Below are positions 1-10,929 of a stretch of DNA of 64,000 nucleotides, piece by piece. The notes below the pieces were generated by a model. The model had not been told where the DNA came from, made no database searches, and saw nothing but the letters and a program-made list of their open reading frames with translations. The DNA lies in contig CAWJIR010000005.1 in assembly GCA_963843015.1 (NCBI GenBank), forward strand, positions 6,472-70,471. The letters run 5' to 3'. Source of the DNA: an uncultured Chloroflexia bacterium (lineage in GTDB: Bacteria > Chloroflexota > Limnocylindria > QHBO01). A program made the translations under genes and the position numbers. Within the stretch, counting starts at the first letter, position 1. Each line of letters starts with the position of its first letter.

Positions 1-168
1 CCCCGTGCTCCGCGCCCGGCCCCGCTGGCTGGCGCCCTACCCGTGGCTGCTGATCGTGTTCCCGCTCATTCCGGTGTGGCTGCTGGCGCTGGCGTGGACG
101 ATGTGGCGGACGCCGGATGCCGAGGCCGCCGAGGCGGCAGCGGAGCCGCCAGCAGCAGCGCCAGGTTG
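1..168 (+). CDS. 3' end of a membrane-protein gene cut by the window edge (hypothetical)
   Basis: Frame 1 reads PVLRARPRWLAPYPWLLIVFPLIPVWLLALAWTMWRTPDAEAAEAAAEPPAAAPG then TGA at 166-168. It contains a hydrophobic TM-like stretch. It overlaps the tail of the convergent gene, so it is uncertain. Confidence 0.3.
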
Positions 169-984
169 ACGAGGAGGACGCGCGGCAGGGCCACCAGCTG
201 GGCGACCGTGGCGAGCAGCCACCCGTATCGGGTTTCGGCGTAGCGCCAGGCGAGGGCGAGGACGACCAGGAACCCGACCACCCACACCGCGGGATGGATG
301 GCGCGCAGGCTCATGCCCGGGATGGTCTCGGCCGCGGCCGGATCGTTCAGGTAGTAGTCGACGAAGTCGCCCAGCCACGGCAGCTGGATCAGGAGCAGGA
401 CGCGCGCAGGCGGCGCCGTACAGGCCGATCGCCCGCCAGTCGCGGCGGCCGGCGAACCACACCAGGCCGATGACCGGGTGGATCTTCAGCATGGTGGCCA
501 CCGCCAGGGCGACCGGGCCCGACCGCCGCCGAACCCTGGACGCGCCGGTTCGCCAGCCGAGGGCCAGCGGGGTGATGGCCAGCAGCCAGACCACGATGGC
601 CTGCGAGTTGCCGTTCAGCAGCTGCTGGCCCCAGGCGCCGACCAGCAGCGCGGGAACGAGAAGGCCCGGCAGTCCGGCGGTCCGATACCAGAGCCAGATC
701 GTGGCCGCGGTCGCCACGGCGAGGAGGCCGTACCACAGCGGTGGCCAGCCGAGGACCGGGATGACCATGGCCAGCAGCGGCGGATATCGGTACTGGTTCT
801 CCTGGCCGAGGTCGGACTGGCCCGAATACGGGTTCTGGCCCGACCACAGCAGGTCCCCTGCCCGCTGGTAGGTCGCCAGGTCCTGGCCGATGACGGTGGT
901 CGGCGCCAGGTAGACCGCGCCGGCGATGCCGAGCGCCAGGTAGAGACCGATGAGGACCGCCCAGGCCAGGCGTGACCGCTGCAC
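66..984 (-). CDS. DUF2029/GT87-like membrane glycosyltransferase (frame-interrupted)
   Basis: The first ~200 aa of ORF 37..984 carry DUF2029-type motifs (DLATYQRAGDLLWSGQNPY, YRYPPLL, NGNSQAIVVWLL, MLKIHPVIGLVWFAGRRDWRA). After a shift near 405-420 the hydrophobic reading continues in the frame of ORF 66..314. Confidence 0.65.
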
Positions 985-1071
985 CGCGCGAGGCTAGCAC
1001 CGGCGGCATGGCCGACCAGCGGTACGAATGGGCGGGGTTTCGCGGCATGGCCCACCCCTAGACTCCGCGCC

Positions 1072-2587
1072 ATGTTCATCGCCCGCGGCCTCGCGGCGTC
1101 GGGCACCGCAGTCATCGCGTTCTTCATGGCCGCCGTTCTACCCAGCGCCACGTGGCCGCTCATCGACGGCGACGTGTGGTGGCACCTGCGCGCCGGCGAG
1201 GAGATCCTGGCCACCGGCGCCGTGCCCAGCGGTCGATTCGTGGAGCTTCACCGCCTTCGGGAGCTCCCTGGGTCAGCCAGGACTGGCTGACGAACACGCT
1301 CATGGCCGCCATCCGCGGCACCGATCCGCTGGGCGAGACCGTCCTGTCGTTCGCCTTCGGGCTGCTGGTGGTGGCGGCCTTTGCCGTCCTGTGGCGGACG
1401 ATCGGCGTCCGCAACCGGCCGTTCCCTGGGCGTGGCGAATCGTGTGGCTGACCGTTGGCCTGGTCGTGGCCGCCCCGGTGCTGGGCGTGCGGGTCCAGGT
1501 CGTGGACCTGCTCCTGAGCGCGGTCGTGGCCTGGCTCCTGGCCCACTACCTGGCTGATCGGCGGCGGCGCTGGGTGGCGGCGCTGCCGCTCGTCGCCGCG
1601 GCCTGGGCCAATCTCCATGCGGGCTGGCCGATGCTCTTCCTCCTCGGCGGGGCGGTCCTGGTCGGCGAGACCGCGGACCGGCTCCTGCGTCGGCACGTGC
1701 AGCCAGAACCGCTGAGCCTCCATCCAGCTCCGCGACCTGGGCATCGGTCTGCTCGTCGCCTTCGCGGCACTTGCCGTCAACCCGAATGGCATCGCGCTGT
1801 GGGGCTATCCCCTGAATGCCATCGGGAACTCGGTCATCGACCAGTACATCCTCGAGTGGTTCCCGGTGACGGCGCATCCGCGGCTCATTGCGATGTACCT
1901 GGCGTTCGTGCTCGCTGGCGGTCGTCCCGACGCTGGCGCTCCTCCGCCGCCGCCTGCGGCTGTCCGATGCGCTCATGGTCATCGGGCTGAGCTCATGCCG
2001 CTCTTCGCCATGCGTTTCCTGCTCCTGACCGGGCCCGCTGGTCGTGGTCGCTGGCGGCCGCACCTGGCTCCGGGCCTCGCCGCGTCCCGCTTCGGGCGAT
2101 GGTCCGCGCCGAAGCTCGACACCTCTCCGTCCCGCGCGAGGGACTCTGGATCGCCGCCCATCTCGCGCTTGCCGCGTTGCTCGTGATCCTTGGGGTTGGG
2201 GTTGCGCTGGCCAGGGTGATCCCGCCGGCCCAGGCCGCCGCCGAGGCGGATGCCTTCCCAGCCGCGGCGGTCGCGTGGCTCGACGGCGAAGAGCCGGGGG
2301 AACGAGTCTTCAACCGCTACGAGTGGGGCGGGTACCTCATCCACCAGCGCCCCGGCCACCTCGTCTTCGTCGACGGTCGGGCGCAGGACGTGTACGGCGA
2401 CCCGTTGCTCGAGGAGTACGCCGACGTCATCGGTCTGCGGGCCGACCCACAATCGGTCCTTGACCGATGGGAGGTCGACTACGTCGTCTTCGCGTCCAGC
2501 TCAGACCTCGGGGCGTGGCTCGACGACAGCGAGGACTGGGAGCGGGTCTACACCGATGCGCTGGCTGGCGTCTGGGTCCGCCGCTGA
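1072..2587 (+). CDS. large polytopic membrane protein, probable GT-C-type glycosyltransferase (multiple frame changes)
   Basis: ORFs 1072..1290, 1152..1451, 1028..1990, 1866..2186 and 2099..2587 join into one ~500-aa protein. The N-terminus reads DGDVWWHLRAGEEIL, followed by many TM segments. The soluble C-terminus reads VFNRYEWGGYLIHQRPGHLVFVDGRAQDVYGD. Confidence 0.55.
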
Positions 2588-3448
2588 AGCCGTGACTTCC
2601 TTGGGCTTCTCGTCGCCGACCAGCAGGTAGGCGAAGTCATACGCAAGGAATCGGAGCGTGCTGAACACGACCAGGACGGAACCCGAGCGCCAGCTCCTCT
2701 GGCGCCACAGGTAGGTCAGGACGGCGGCCAGGCCCGCGACCCATACGACCGGGTGCAGGCTCCACAGGTTCCCCGGGCTGCCGAGACCCGTCGGGTAGTG
2801 CTCGAGCCCGTACCAGAGGGCCGGCGCCCAGAGGAGGAGCGCGACCCCGACCGCGACGAGGGCTCTGCTCCACTGCCTCCGAACGAGGTACACCGCGGCG
2901 AAGAAGATGGGGAACACCTTCAGGCTGGCCGCGACACCAATGGCCACGGGACCCCATCGCGTGCCGACCGCGTAGACGAGCATCGCGACCATGGCGGCAT
3001 GCACGTTGCCGCCCTGGGCGGACCAGACGAGCATCGAGCCACAGAACGCCGCCAGCAGCCACTCCCCGCGCCGAATCGCGGGGAGCATGGCCAGGACGAC
3101 ACAGATGTAGAGGAAGAAGTGCCACGCGGGCTGGACGAGCATGTGGGGCAGGTAGGTGAGCGGGACCCACAGCCAGGCGAGCCACGGGGCGTAGCGGTAC
3201 GTGGTCGGGAGGTCCGGATTGACCAGCGCCGGGTACAGCGGGCCGCCCTCGCGGAGCCGAACCGCCGCATTCCAGTAGGCATCGCCGTCCGTGAGCAGCA
3301 TGCGCTGGTTCATCACGAAGAGCAGCAGACCGATCTCCAGGCCGATCGCCACGGCAGCGACGAGGAGCTTCGGGTCCCGCCGCAGGTTGGGCAGCAGCGT
3401 CGAGCCGGCCCTGGGCAGCGCTGCGGGTCGCAGGGCTCGGACCGCCAA
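2501..3448 (-). CDS. DUF2029/GT87-like membrane glycosyltransferase
   Basis: Intact 315-aa ORF with motifs DGDAYWNAAVRLREGGPLY, YRYAPWLAWLW, QGGNVHAAMVAMLVYA and ASLKVFPIFFAAVYLVRRQW. The 3' end overlaps the convergent gene, so the true stop is uncertain. Confidence 0.7.
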   Translation of the reverse strand: MAVRALRPAALPRAGSTLLPNLRRDPKLLVAAVAIGLEIGLLLFVMNQRMLLTDGDAYWNAAVRLREGGPLYPALVNPDLPTTYRYAPWLAWLWVPLTYLPHMLVQPAWHFFLYICVVLAMLPAIRRGEWLLAAFCGSMLVWSAQGGNVHAAMVAMLVYAVGTRWGPVAIGVAASLKVFPIFFAAVYLVRRQWSRALVAVGVALLLWAPALWYGLEHYPTGLGSPGNLWSLHPVVWVAGLAAVLTYLWRQRSWRSGSVLVVFSTLRFLAYDFAYLLVGDEKPKEVTASAADPDASQRIGVDPLPVLAVVEPRPEV

Positions 3449-3587
3449 TCCACGCCTCCTGGAGTACTAGGGCGGCGAGAGTACTTTGGTACTGGCCGCG
3501 CGTGGAAGACCCGCTGGCTGCCCGAATGTGCGTGGCCGCACCGCTTCCGGGGTGGGGTGCGGGCGGGACGCCTCCGGTCCGGGTTGG

Positions 3588-4475
3588 TTAGTGGGAGAAA
3601 GTTGCATCGGCCTTCTGCGGGCTGCGCGGCCTGCGCGGCCGGTCGGCAAACTCCAGCAGCAGCATCAGGAAGTAGTACGGCAGCCAGTACGGGCTGATGG
3701 CGAGGCTGGCCAGGCCGAGCCGACCGCGGAACGTCAGCCACACCGCGAGCGCGACGCCGATGGGGACCCACCACAGACCGATGAAGCGCGAGGGGCCGTA
3801 GTTGAAGTCACTCGTCAGCTCCGGCCCCACCCGGAAGAGGGCGGCCAGCCAGTCCATGGCGTAGCCGCTGGCAATGACCACGGCCGCGTGGCCGGCGAAG
3901 AGGAGCGCGAACGGGAGGCGCGTCCCGGGCCGGGTCCACAGGATCCAGGCCGCGAGCGGCAGCATGAGCGGCCGCGGCACGAGCAGGGTCAGGACCAGGA
4001 ACAGGGCAATCGCCGGCCGGTTGCCGCGGATGGCCCAGAACCCGGTCACCGCGATGAAGATCATGATGTTCCCGGTCTGGATGTCGAACCACAGCGGGAA
4101 CGTGATCAGGCAGGCAGCGACCAGCCACCACGAGCGGAGGAGGGGCAGGACCGCGACGTGGAGGACCTGCCACAGCCACAGCGGCATGAGGGTGACGAAC
4201 CCCAGGATCCAGGCCGCGACCGGCGACCAGCGGAACGCGAAGAAGTCGTCGAACTCGTAGAGCGTCCCATCCTGGAGGCGCTCCGCGGCATCGGTGAAGA
4301 TCTCCCAGTCGAAGGCGTAGTAGCCGGTGAACACGGCCTCGACCAGGGGGATGATCGACCACAGGCTGAGCGCCGAGACGGCCACCAGGAGGGCGGCGAG
4401 GGGCAGGGATGGCAGGCCGTGTGGGCCGCCATGCCACGATAGACTCACCCGCGATGTCGCCCGCGCCACGCCCAT
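3588..4475 (-). CDS. DUF2029/GT87-like membrane protein
   Basis: Intact 295-aa polytopic ORF with motifs FDWEIFTDAAERLQDGTLYE, FRWSPVAAWILG and QTGNIMIFIAVTGFWAIRGN. An alternative GTG start lies at 4448. Confidence 0.6.
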   Translation of the reverse strand: MGVARATSRVSLSWHGGPHGLPSLPLAALLVAVSALSLWSIIPLVEAVFTGYYAFDWEIFTDAAERLQDGTLYEFDDFFAFRWSPVAAWILGFVTLMPLWLWQVLHVAVLPLLRSWWLVAACLITFPLWFDIQTGNIMIFIAVTGFWAIRGNRPAIALFLVLTLLVPRPLMLPLAAWILWTRPGTRLPFALLFAGHAAVVIASGYAMDWLAALFRVGPELTSDFNYGPSRFIGLWWVPIGVALAVWLTFRGRLGLASLAISPYWLPYYFLMLLLEFADRPRRPRSPQKADATFSH

Positions 4476-6127
4476 GATTCGGCCCCGCGGCTCCGACCTG
4501 CTGCTGCTGACCGCCGCGGCGCTGGTCGCGCGAATCGCGGCCGCTGCTCGCGGTCGACTACTCCCCCTATACCGATCCAGCCTACTACGCCATGGTCGCC
4601 GAGCAGCTCGCCACCGGCCACGGGTTCAGCGCGCCGGTCCTGTGGTCCTTCCTCGAGGTCGGCGGCAGCCTGCCCGCCGATCCCATGCTCCCCGTCCCGA
4701 GCAACGGGCACTGGATGCCGCTGACCTCGATCGTGGCCGCCGCCGGCATGGCGCTCCTCGGGACCTGATCTGCGCGCGGGCCAGATCCCATCATCGTCCT
4801 GCTCGGCGTGGCACTGGTGCCGTTCACGTACCTGCGTCGGCCTGGATCTCTACCAGTCGCGCCGGGTGGCGGTCCTGGGCGCGATCCTGGCGATCTTCGC
4901 CGGGCCGCTGCTGATCATGTACCCCACCATCGACAACTTCGCGGTCTTCGGCGCGGCCGGGCGCGGTCGCCATCTGGGCGGCCATCCGGGCCACCCGACC
5001 GGGCCGATCGGCGCTGGTGGCTGGTGGTCTCCGGGGCGGCCGTCGGCCTGGCCACGCTGGCGCGCGTGGACGGCCTGCTGCTCGGGATGGCCCCGCTCAC
5101 CGCCTGGCTCGTGGACCGCGGCTGGGGACCGTGGACCGGTGGCGGCGCGCGGCGGCTGGGCGCCGCGGCCCTGTTGCCGGCCGGGCATCGGCCTGGCCGT
5201 CATGGCGCCGTGGCTGGCGCGCAACCTCGCCGACCTTCGGCTCGGCGTTCCCGTCGGCCGGCGGCCACACCCTGTGGATCACGAGCTACAACGAGCAGTT
5301 CTCGATCAGCGCCGACCCGACGCTCGCCTCGTACCTCGCATTGGGGTATGGGCCAACATCATCGGCTCCAAGCTCGCCGCCTGGTGGGAGCTGGGTGGCG
5401 GACGGTCGTCCTCCTGGGCGGGATCTTCGGGTTCCTCTTCTTCGCCGGCCTGTGGCGCGAGCGGCGCCGCGCGGACACCGCCCCGTTCGTCGCCTACTGG
5501 CTGGTGATGTTCTTCGCCATGGGCGCGGTCTTCACCTTCCATGCCCCGCACGGCGCGTACTACCACTCGGCCGCGGCGTGGCTGCCGTTCGCGCTCCCCA
5601 TGGCCGTGGCCGCCACCGGCCCGGTGCTCACCGCGCTCGGCCGCTGGTGGGCGTTCCTCCGCCGCCCGCCGACCCATCGGTTCGTGGAGGTCGCGGCCGT
5701 GGTGGGTGCCGTGGTCCTGTCGGTCATCGGCTCGATGACGCTGTATCGACCTCTGGGACTACTCGCACGGGCGCGAGGAGGCGGCGGCTGCCTACCTCGA
5801 GGAGGCCGGCCTGACCGATGACACCGTCCTGTACGGCGACCCCTCGTCCCTGTGGCACCTGACCGGCGAACCCCGGCGTGCCCGCCCCATTCGATCCGTA
5901 TCCGGTGATCGAGGAGGTCGTCCGGGCCTACGACGTCCGCTGGGTGGTCGTGACCCTGCGGGAGGGCGGGACCACCGACCCGCTGGGCCTGTGGAACGGG
6001 TGCGCGGCGCAGGACAGCGCCGATAACAGCGCGTGGACCGGTGGGCCGGACACGACCGCCACCTGGCTGGGCTGTGACCCGGCGTTCGAGGCCGAGGGCG
6101 TCCGGATCTACGCGCGTGGTCGAGTGA
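4474..6127 (+). CDS. ArnT/PMT_2-like (GT-C) membrane glycosyltransferase (many frame changes)
   Basis: Starts MIRPRGSDLLLLTAAALVARIAAA, then LLAVDYSPYTDPAYYAMVAEQLATGHGFSAPVLW in another frame. Further TM pieces lie in ORFs 4808..5821 and 4866..5507, and the soluble C-terminus in ORF 5878..6264. The probable end is ..RVVE* at TGA 6125-6127. Confidence 0.55.
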
Positions 6128-6146
6128 CGCCTGATGCCGAGCGCCG

Positions 6147-7668
6147 ATGGCGTTCGGCGTGCTGGTGGCCTTCGGGCTGGGCGCCCTGGTCCGGATCCTG
6201 CCCGCCGCTGGCAGGCCCCTCACGCCGGCGGCGACGGGGGCCTGATCGTGGTCATCGTGGATGACCTGCGGCGGCCGGGTTCGTGATGCCGCCGGTCACG
6301 ACCTACAACTTCGCCGACTATCCCGTTCGTCTACCCGCCGCTCGGGCTGTATGGCGCGGCCCTGCTTCGGGGAGCTGTTGGACGCCTGTCCAGCCTGCAG
6401 TGTCGTTCGGTTCCTCGCCCTGGCCTGTCGCTCGCCACGGCTGGGGGCCTTTGCGATCCTGGCCCTCCGCGTCCTTCCCGCCGCCGCGGCGGTCGGGGCG
6501 GTGCTGACGTACGCGCTCATGCCCCACGCGTACGACGGGATCGTCGCCGGCGGCGGCGTCACCCGGGGGACAGGCCTCTTCTTCGCGATGCTGGCAATGT
6601 GGATGGCGGCTTCGCCGTCCGGGCTGATCGCGCGGCGGGCCAGTGTCGGGTTGGGGTCCTGCTGGGCCTCGCCGCGCTGTCCCACCCGCAGACCGCCATC
6701 TACGGGGCGGCGGCCGTCGACCGTCCTCGTGCTACCGCCGCGATCGAGCCGTGGCCAGCCTGCGACCCGTGGCGGTGGCCGGCGCCGTTGCCGCCCTGGT
6801 CGTCCTGCCGTGGCTCCTCGTCGTGGCCACCACCCACGGCCTGATGACCGTGCTGGCAGCGGGGCACCGGTGGGAGCCAGCCGTCGGCATGGTCCGGATC
6901 ATTGGCCTCACGTTCTCCGGGGCCGGCATTCACCGACCTGTTCCTGGTCGTCGGGGCGCTGGGCCTGGCCGTCGAGCTCGCTGCGGCGCCGTTGTTGCCG
7001 CTGCCGGCCCTTGTGCCATGCCTCGTCCTGGCCGGCGAGGCGGGCCGGATTCATCGGCGCAGTGCCCTGGTCGCTGCTTGCGGGGGCGCCGCCTTCGCAT
7101 TCGTGCTGGAGGGGATCGGCCCACCGATCGCCCGCCGATCGGTTCATCCGGACGGGCATTGCGCCGGGGTCCTGTTCGCGGCGTTGGTCAGCAGCGTGGG
7201 TCAGATGGTCGACGAGATCGTCGCGTCTCCAGCGGGTGAGCGAGGACCAGGTGGCGGCCATGACCTGGGTGCGCGACGAGACCGAACCGGGCACCCGGTT
7301 CATCGTCGCGGCGATCGTGATCTGGGGGGCAGACGAGATCAGCGAATGGTTCCCGGCGGTGGCGCAACGACAGAGCGTGGCCACCGTCCAGGGCAGCGAA
7401 TGGCTGGGTCGGAGGGCTTCCCGAGCAGCGCCACCGCCACCGCGCCGTCCTGCATCTGCACTCCGTCGACCGACCGATGCATGGCGGAGTGGGCTGCGGG
7501 TCCGACGGGCTTCGGCCGATGCGTGGCTGTTCATTCCCAAGGGCCGGGTCAACGGCCCGCTCTCCCCGAGGACTGTTGCCCGGCGCTGCGCGAGCGGTCC
7601 AGGACAGCCCGTACTACGAGGTCGTGTACGACGGTGCAGGCGCCACCATCGCTCGCCCGCGCGACTGA
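6147..7668 (+). CDS. large polytopic membrane protein, possible GT-C-type glycosyltransferase (many frame changes)
   Basis: MAFGVLVAFGLGALVRILPAAG.., ..GGDGGLIVVIVDDLRR.., ..PPVTTYNFADYPFVYPPLGLY.. and later TM blocks are spread over three frames. The soluble C-terminus reads ..FIVAAIVIWGADEISEWFPAVAQRQSVATVQGSEWLG.. and ends SPYYEVVYDGAGATIARPRD*. Confidence 0.45.
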
Positions 7669-8562
7669 GTCGCTGCGGTCCCGCCTCGCGCGACTGTGGA
7701 GCAGCCGACGCTTCCGGCTGGTGGTCCGGGCCCTGGCGCTGGGCTGGATCCTGTTCTTCTGGCTGTGGCTGATCGGGGCCCAGTCGAGCTTCGGCGAGGT
7801 GGACGCCGAAGCGTACTGGGGCTTGACCCTGGACGAGCTGTATCGCGACGTGCAGCTGGGCGACCAGGACGCGTTCCTGTACTCGCCGGTGGTGGCGTAC
7901 CTGTTCCTGCCGTTCTCCGTCGCTGCCGTAGGAGGTCTTCTACGCCATCCTGGCGGCGGTCAACCTCGCGGCACTGGTGTGGATCCTGCGGCCCGAACTG
8001 GCGGCCCTGTCTCTCTTCCTGGTCCCGGTCTCCAACGAAGTCGCCCGGGGCAACATCCACATCCTGATCGCGGCGGCAATCGTGCTGGGCTTCCGTTACT
8101 ACGGCGCCTGGGCGTGGGTCATCCTCACCAAGGTCACGCCCGGCATCGGCGTCCTCTGGTTCGCGGTGCGCCGGGAATGGCGGTCGCTCGCGATCGCGCT
8201 GGGCGTGACCGGGGCTATCGTCGCCGTCTCCTTCGTCCTCGACTCCCGATCTGTGGTTCCGCTGGCTCGCGGTCCTGACGGCGAGCGTGGAGATCACCCG
8301 CCCATCGGTCATCGAGATCCCGGTCCTCCCGCGTCTGGCGGTGGCGGCCGTCCTGGTGGCGGTCGCCGGCTGGCGCAGCTGGTACGCCCTGGTCCCGGTG
8401 GCGTGCCTGCTGGCCCTGCCCGCCATCTGGGTGAACTCGCTGGCCATGCTCGTCGCGGTCGTGCCTCTCTGGCGGTACCAAACCGCGCATCGCGCGGCGG
8501 CCGAACCCAAGGAATCGAGGCCCGCGGAGAGCGAATCAGCGACCGGGAACGAGGAGGGCTAG
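7634..8562 (+). CDS. DUF2029/GT87-like membrane protein (2-3 frame changes)
   Basis: LVVRALALGWILFFWLWL..EVDAEAYWGL..FLYSPVVAYLFLPF (frame of ORF 6902..8278) continues as VSNEVARGNIHILIAAAIVLGF..LTKVTPGIGVLWFAVRREWRS (ORF 7977..9014). It then continues in ORF 8287..8562. The start is a guessed GTG at 7634. Confidence 0.6.
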
Positions 8563-8662
8563 TACTTCCGGGTCCCTTAGTACTGTTGACCGCAAGCACA
8601 GCGGGCCGGGAGGATGGGCCACCTGTCCGGTACCAGCCGGGCACTGGTACTTCCACGAGGGA

Positions 8663-9721
8663 TTGGGCTTGGCACAGGCCGCCGACCGGAACGGTGTCGT
8701 TCAGATTGATCGCCTCAACGCCCAGGCTGCCGAGAGCCTGGGCCGTGCGGCGCGCCGCCTCCATCGGCTGGCCGAGGGAAGCCGGGCCCTGTACCGCCGC
8801 CGGCTCGGGACCTGGCTCCAGCTGCGGGCTCGCCTCGAGCACGCGAACGGCGGCCCCTTCGGCGCCGAGGAGGCCGACGAGTCGGACCCGCTCCGCGCCG
8901 AGCACGAGACCGTGGTCCGCGAGCTGGCCCTCGTCCAGCATCGGATGCGGCGGCTCGAGGTCGCCGAGCGCCAGCTCGACCTCCTCGTCCGCTACCTGTC
9001 GGCCACTGATCTGAACGCCAGCGAGCCGACCCTCGACACGACCGACGACTCGTCGGCGGCGACCGCGCTCCGCATCATCCAGGCCCAGGAGCAGGAGCGG
9101 CAGCGGCTGGCGGAAGAGATCCATGACGGTCCGGCCCAGGTCCTGACCAACGCCATCTTCCAGGTCGAGTACCTCGACCGGGTGGTCGCCGGTTCCGGCG
9201 CCGCCGGTGCTGCCCGCTCGGCCACCAGCTCGCAGGCTCGGACCGAGCTCGCGCTCCTGCGGAGCATGCTCCGCGACGGCCTGGAGGAGGTCCGCGGATT
9301 CATCGCCACCCTTCGCCCACCCGCCGTGGAGGTCGGTCTCGCCACCGCCCTCCGCGACGCCGCCAGCGAGTTCCAGGCACGGAACGGGATCGCGGTGCGG
9401 GTCGAGGTGGACGGCATCGATTCCGGCCTGTCGCCGGCGGCGCGGGCATCGGTCCTGCGCATCACCCAGGAGGCCCTCCAGAACGTCCGCAAGCACGCGG
9501 CCGCGACGGAGGTCCGGATCAGCCTCGATGGCAACCGCCTCGTGATCGCCGACAACGGCCGTGGCTTCGACGTCATGCGCCTGGCGACCGGGGTCACCCG
9601 CAACTTCGGCCTGCAGTTCATGCGCGAGCGCGCCGAGCTGATGGGGTCGGAGCTGCAGATTGAATCGCGACAGGGCGAAGGGACGCGGATCTTGCTCCGT
9701 CTCCCCGAGCCCAGCCGCTAG
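8663..9721 (+). CDS. cytoplasmic DegS-like sensor histidine kinase (HisKA_3 + HATPase_c)
   Basis: Intact 352-aa ORF with no TM segment and a coiled-coil-like N-terminus. H-box EQERQRLAEEIHDGPAQVLTNAIF; ATPase part ITQEALQNVRKHA..DNGRGF..GLQFMRERA. The start could instead be TTG 8669. Confidence 0.85.
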   Translation: MGLAQAADRNGVVQIDRLNAQAAESLGRAARRLHRLAEGSRALYRRRLGTWLQLRARLEHANGGPFGAEEADESDPLRAEHETVVRELALVQHRMRRLEVAERQLDLLVRYLSATDLNASEPTLDTTDDSSAATALRIIQAQEQERQRLAEEIHDGPAQVLTNAIFQVEYLDRVVAGSGAAGAARSATSSQARTELALLRSMLRDGLEEVRGFIATLRPPAVEVGLATALRDAASEFQARNGIAVRVEVDGIDSGLSPAARASVLRITQEALQNVRKHAAATEVRISLDGNRLVIADNGRGFDVMRLATGVTRNFGLQFMRERAELMGSELQIESRQGEGTRILLRLPEPSR

Positions 9722-9756
9722 CATCCGGGGGCGGAGTGAAGGTCAAGGAGGAGAAC

Positions 9757-10549
9757 GTGGCTAAAGGCAAGGCAGCCGAGGCCGAGGCCGACGGCCAGAG
9801 GACGCGACCCAGGCCGACGAAACCGCGAAGGAACGTCGGACCGGGCGTGATCGGCGACGTGCCGACCGAGAAGACCCGAATCGTGATCGTCGACACCCAC
9901 ACCCTGTTCCGACGTGGGGTCCGCAACATCCTCGACCTCGAGGCCGGACATGACCGTGGTCGGCGAGGCGGGGAGCGGCCGGGAGGCCATCGCCGTGGTC
10001 GAGGAGCTCACGCCCGACGTGGTCCTCATGGACCTCACCCTGCCGGCACCCAACGGCATCGAGACCACCCAGCGCATCAAGCGCGAGCTGCCGCACACCG
10101 GGGTCATCGTGCTGGCCGGCGGCGATGACGAGGACCAGCTGTTCGACGCCATCAAGGCGGGTGCGGCGGCGTACGTCCTGAAGGACATCGACCCGACCGA
10201 CCTGGTCGCCATCATTCGCCGGGTTCGTTCCGGCGAGTACCTCATCAACGACAAGGTCTTCAGCCGGCCGGCGGTGGCCAGCCGCGTCCTGAAGGAGTTC
10301 CGCGAGCTGGCCGTCTACGGGTCGGACGCGCAGCCGATCTTCGCGCCGCTCTCACCGCGCGAGGTCGAGATCCTGGACAACATCGCCCAGGGCATGACCA
10401 ACAAGCAGGTCGCCTACACCCTGGGCATCAGCGAGCAGACGGTGAAGAACCACATGTCGTCCATCCTGCGCAAGCTCAGCGTGAACGACCGCACCCAGGC
10501 CGTGGTCTATGCCATGCGCCAGGGCTGGATCAAGCTTCCCGAGGACTGA
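9757..10549 (+). CDS. NarL/LuxR-family (DegU-like) response regulator (one frame change near 9945)
   Basis: AAGGAGG lies 5 nt upstream of GTG 9757. TRIVIVDTHTLFRRGVRNILDLEA (ORF 9736..10128 frame) joins MTVVGEAGSGREAIAVVEELTPDVVLMDLTLP.. (ORF 9914..10549). C-terminal LuxR HTH: REVEILDNIAQGMTNKQVAYTLGISEQTVKNHMSSILRKL. Confidence 0.88.
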
Positions 10550-10555
10550 CCGATG

Positions 10556-10581
10556 GTGGCGCGCGGCCGACCGCGCGCCAC
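10556..10581 (+). terminator. GC-rich hairpin directly after the response-regulator stop (intrinsic-terminator-like, no U tract)
   Basis: GTGGCGCGCGG-ccga-CCGCGCGCCAC, a perfect 11-bp stem starting 7 nt after TGA 10547-10549. Confidence 0.5.
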
Positions 10582-10735
10582 TGGTCCGGTGCCGGTCGGT
10601 ACGGGAGTGCCATTTCCGGCCAACCGGGCCCGTCGCAGGATCTGCCCACGTCCTCTCGGGTATCCGGGAGGGCTTTCATCGGGCGAGGTCCCGGCGGCGA
10701 ACAGGCCGGGTTCCTCGGGGTCTCCTCCTCCGGTA

Positions 10736-10771
10736 CATGAGAGCCGCGCAGCAGCAGGCGCGGCTCTCATG
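10736..10771 (+). other. perfect 14-bp stem-loop in the flp upstream region (terminator, insulator or regulatory RNA element)
   Basis: CATGAGAGCCGCGC-agcagcag-GCGCGGCTCTCATG. It lies ~20 nt upstream of a TTGACA hexamer (10792-10797). Confidence 0.45.
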
Positions 10772-10929
10772 GTGTCCCGGGCCTGGTGGTCTTGACAACA
10801 CTCAACCCCTCGCGCAAGGTACGGCTTCCGCGACGGTCTCTCTAGGACGAACGGGTCATATTCATCGGCCCGCTCCCGGCCCTACATTGCCATCGCCCAA
10901 TCCTCGAGGAAAGGAGGTACCTGCAAAGC

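Noticed and set aside
10553-10795. 80-aa plus-strand ORF (and the 87-aa minus-strand ORF 10507..10770) in the flp upstream gap
   Set aside because: The composition is Pro/Arg/Gly-rich, there is no RBS, and the ORF spans both GC-rich hairpins. It is more plausibly non-coding structured DNA/RNA.
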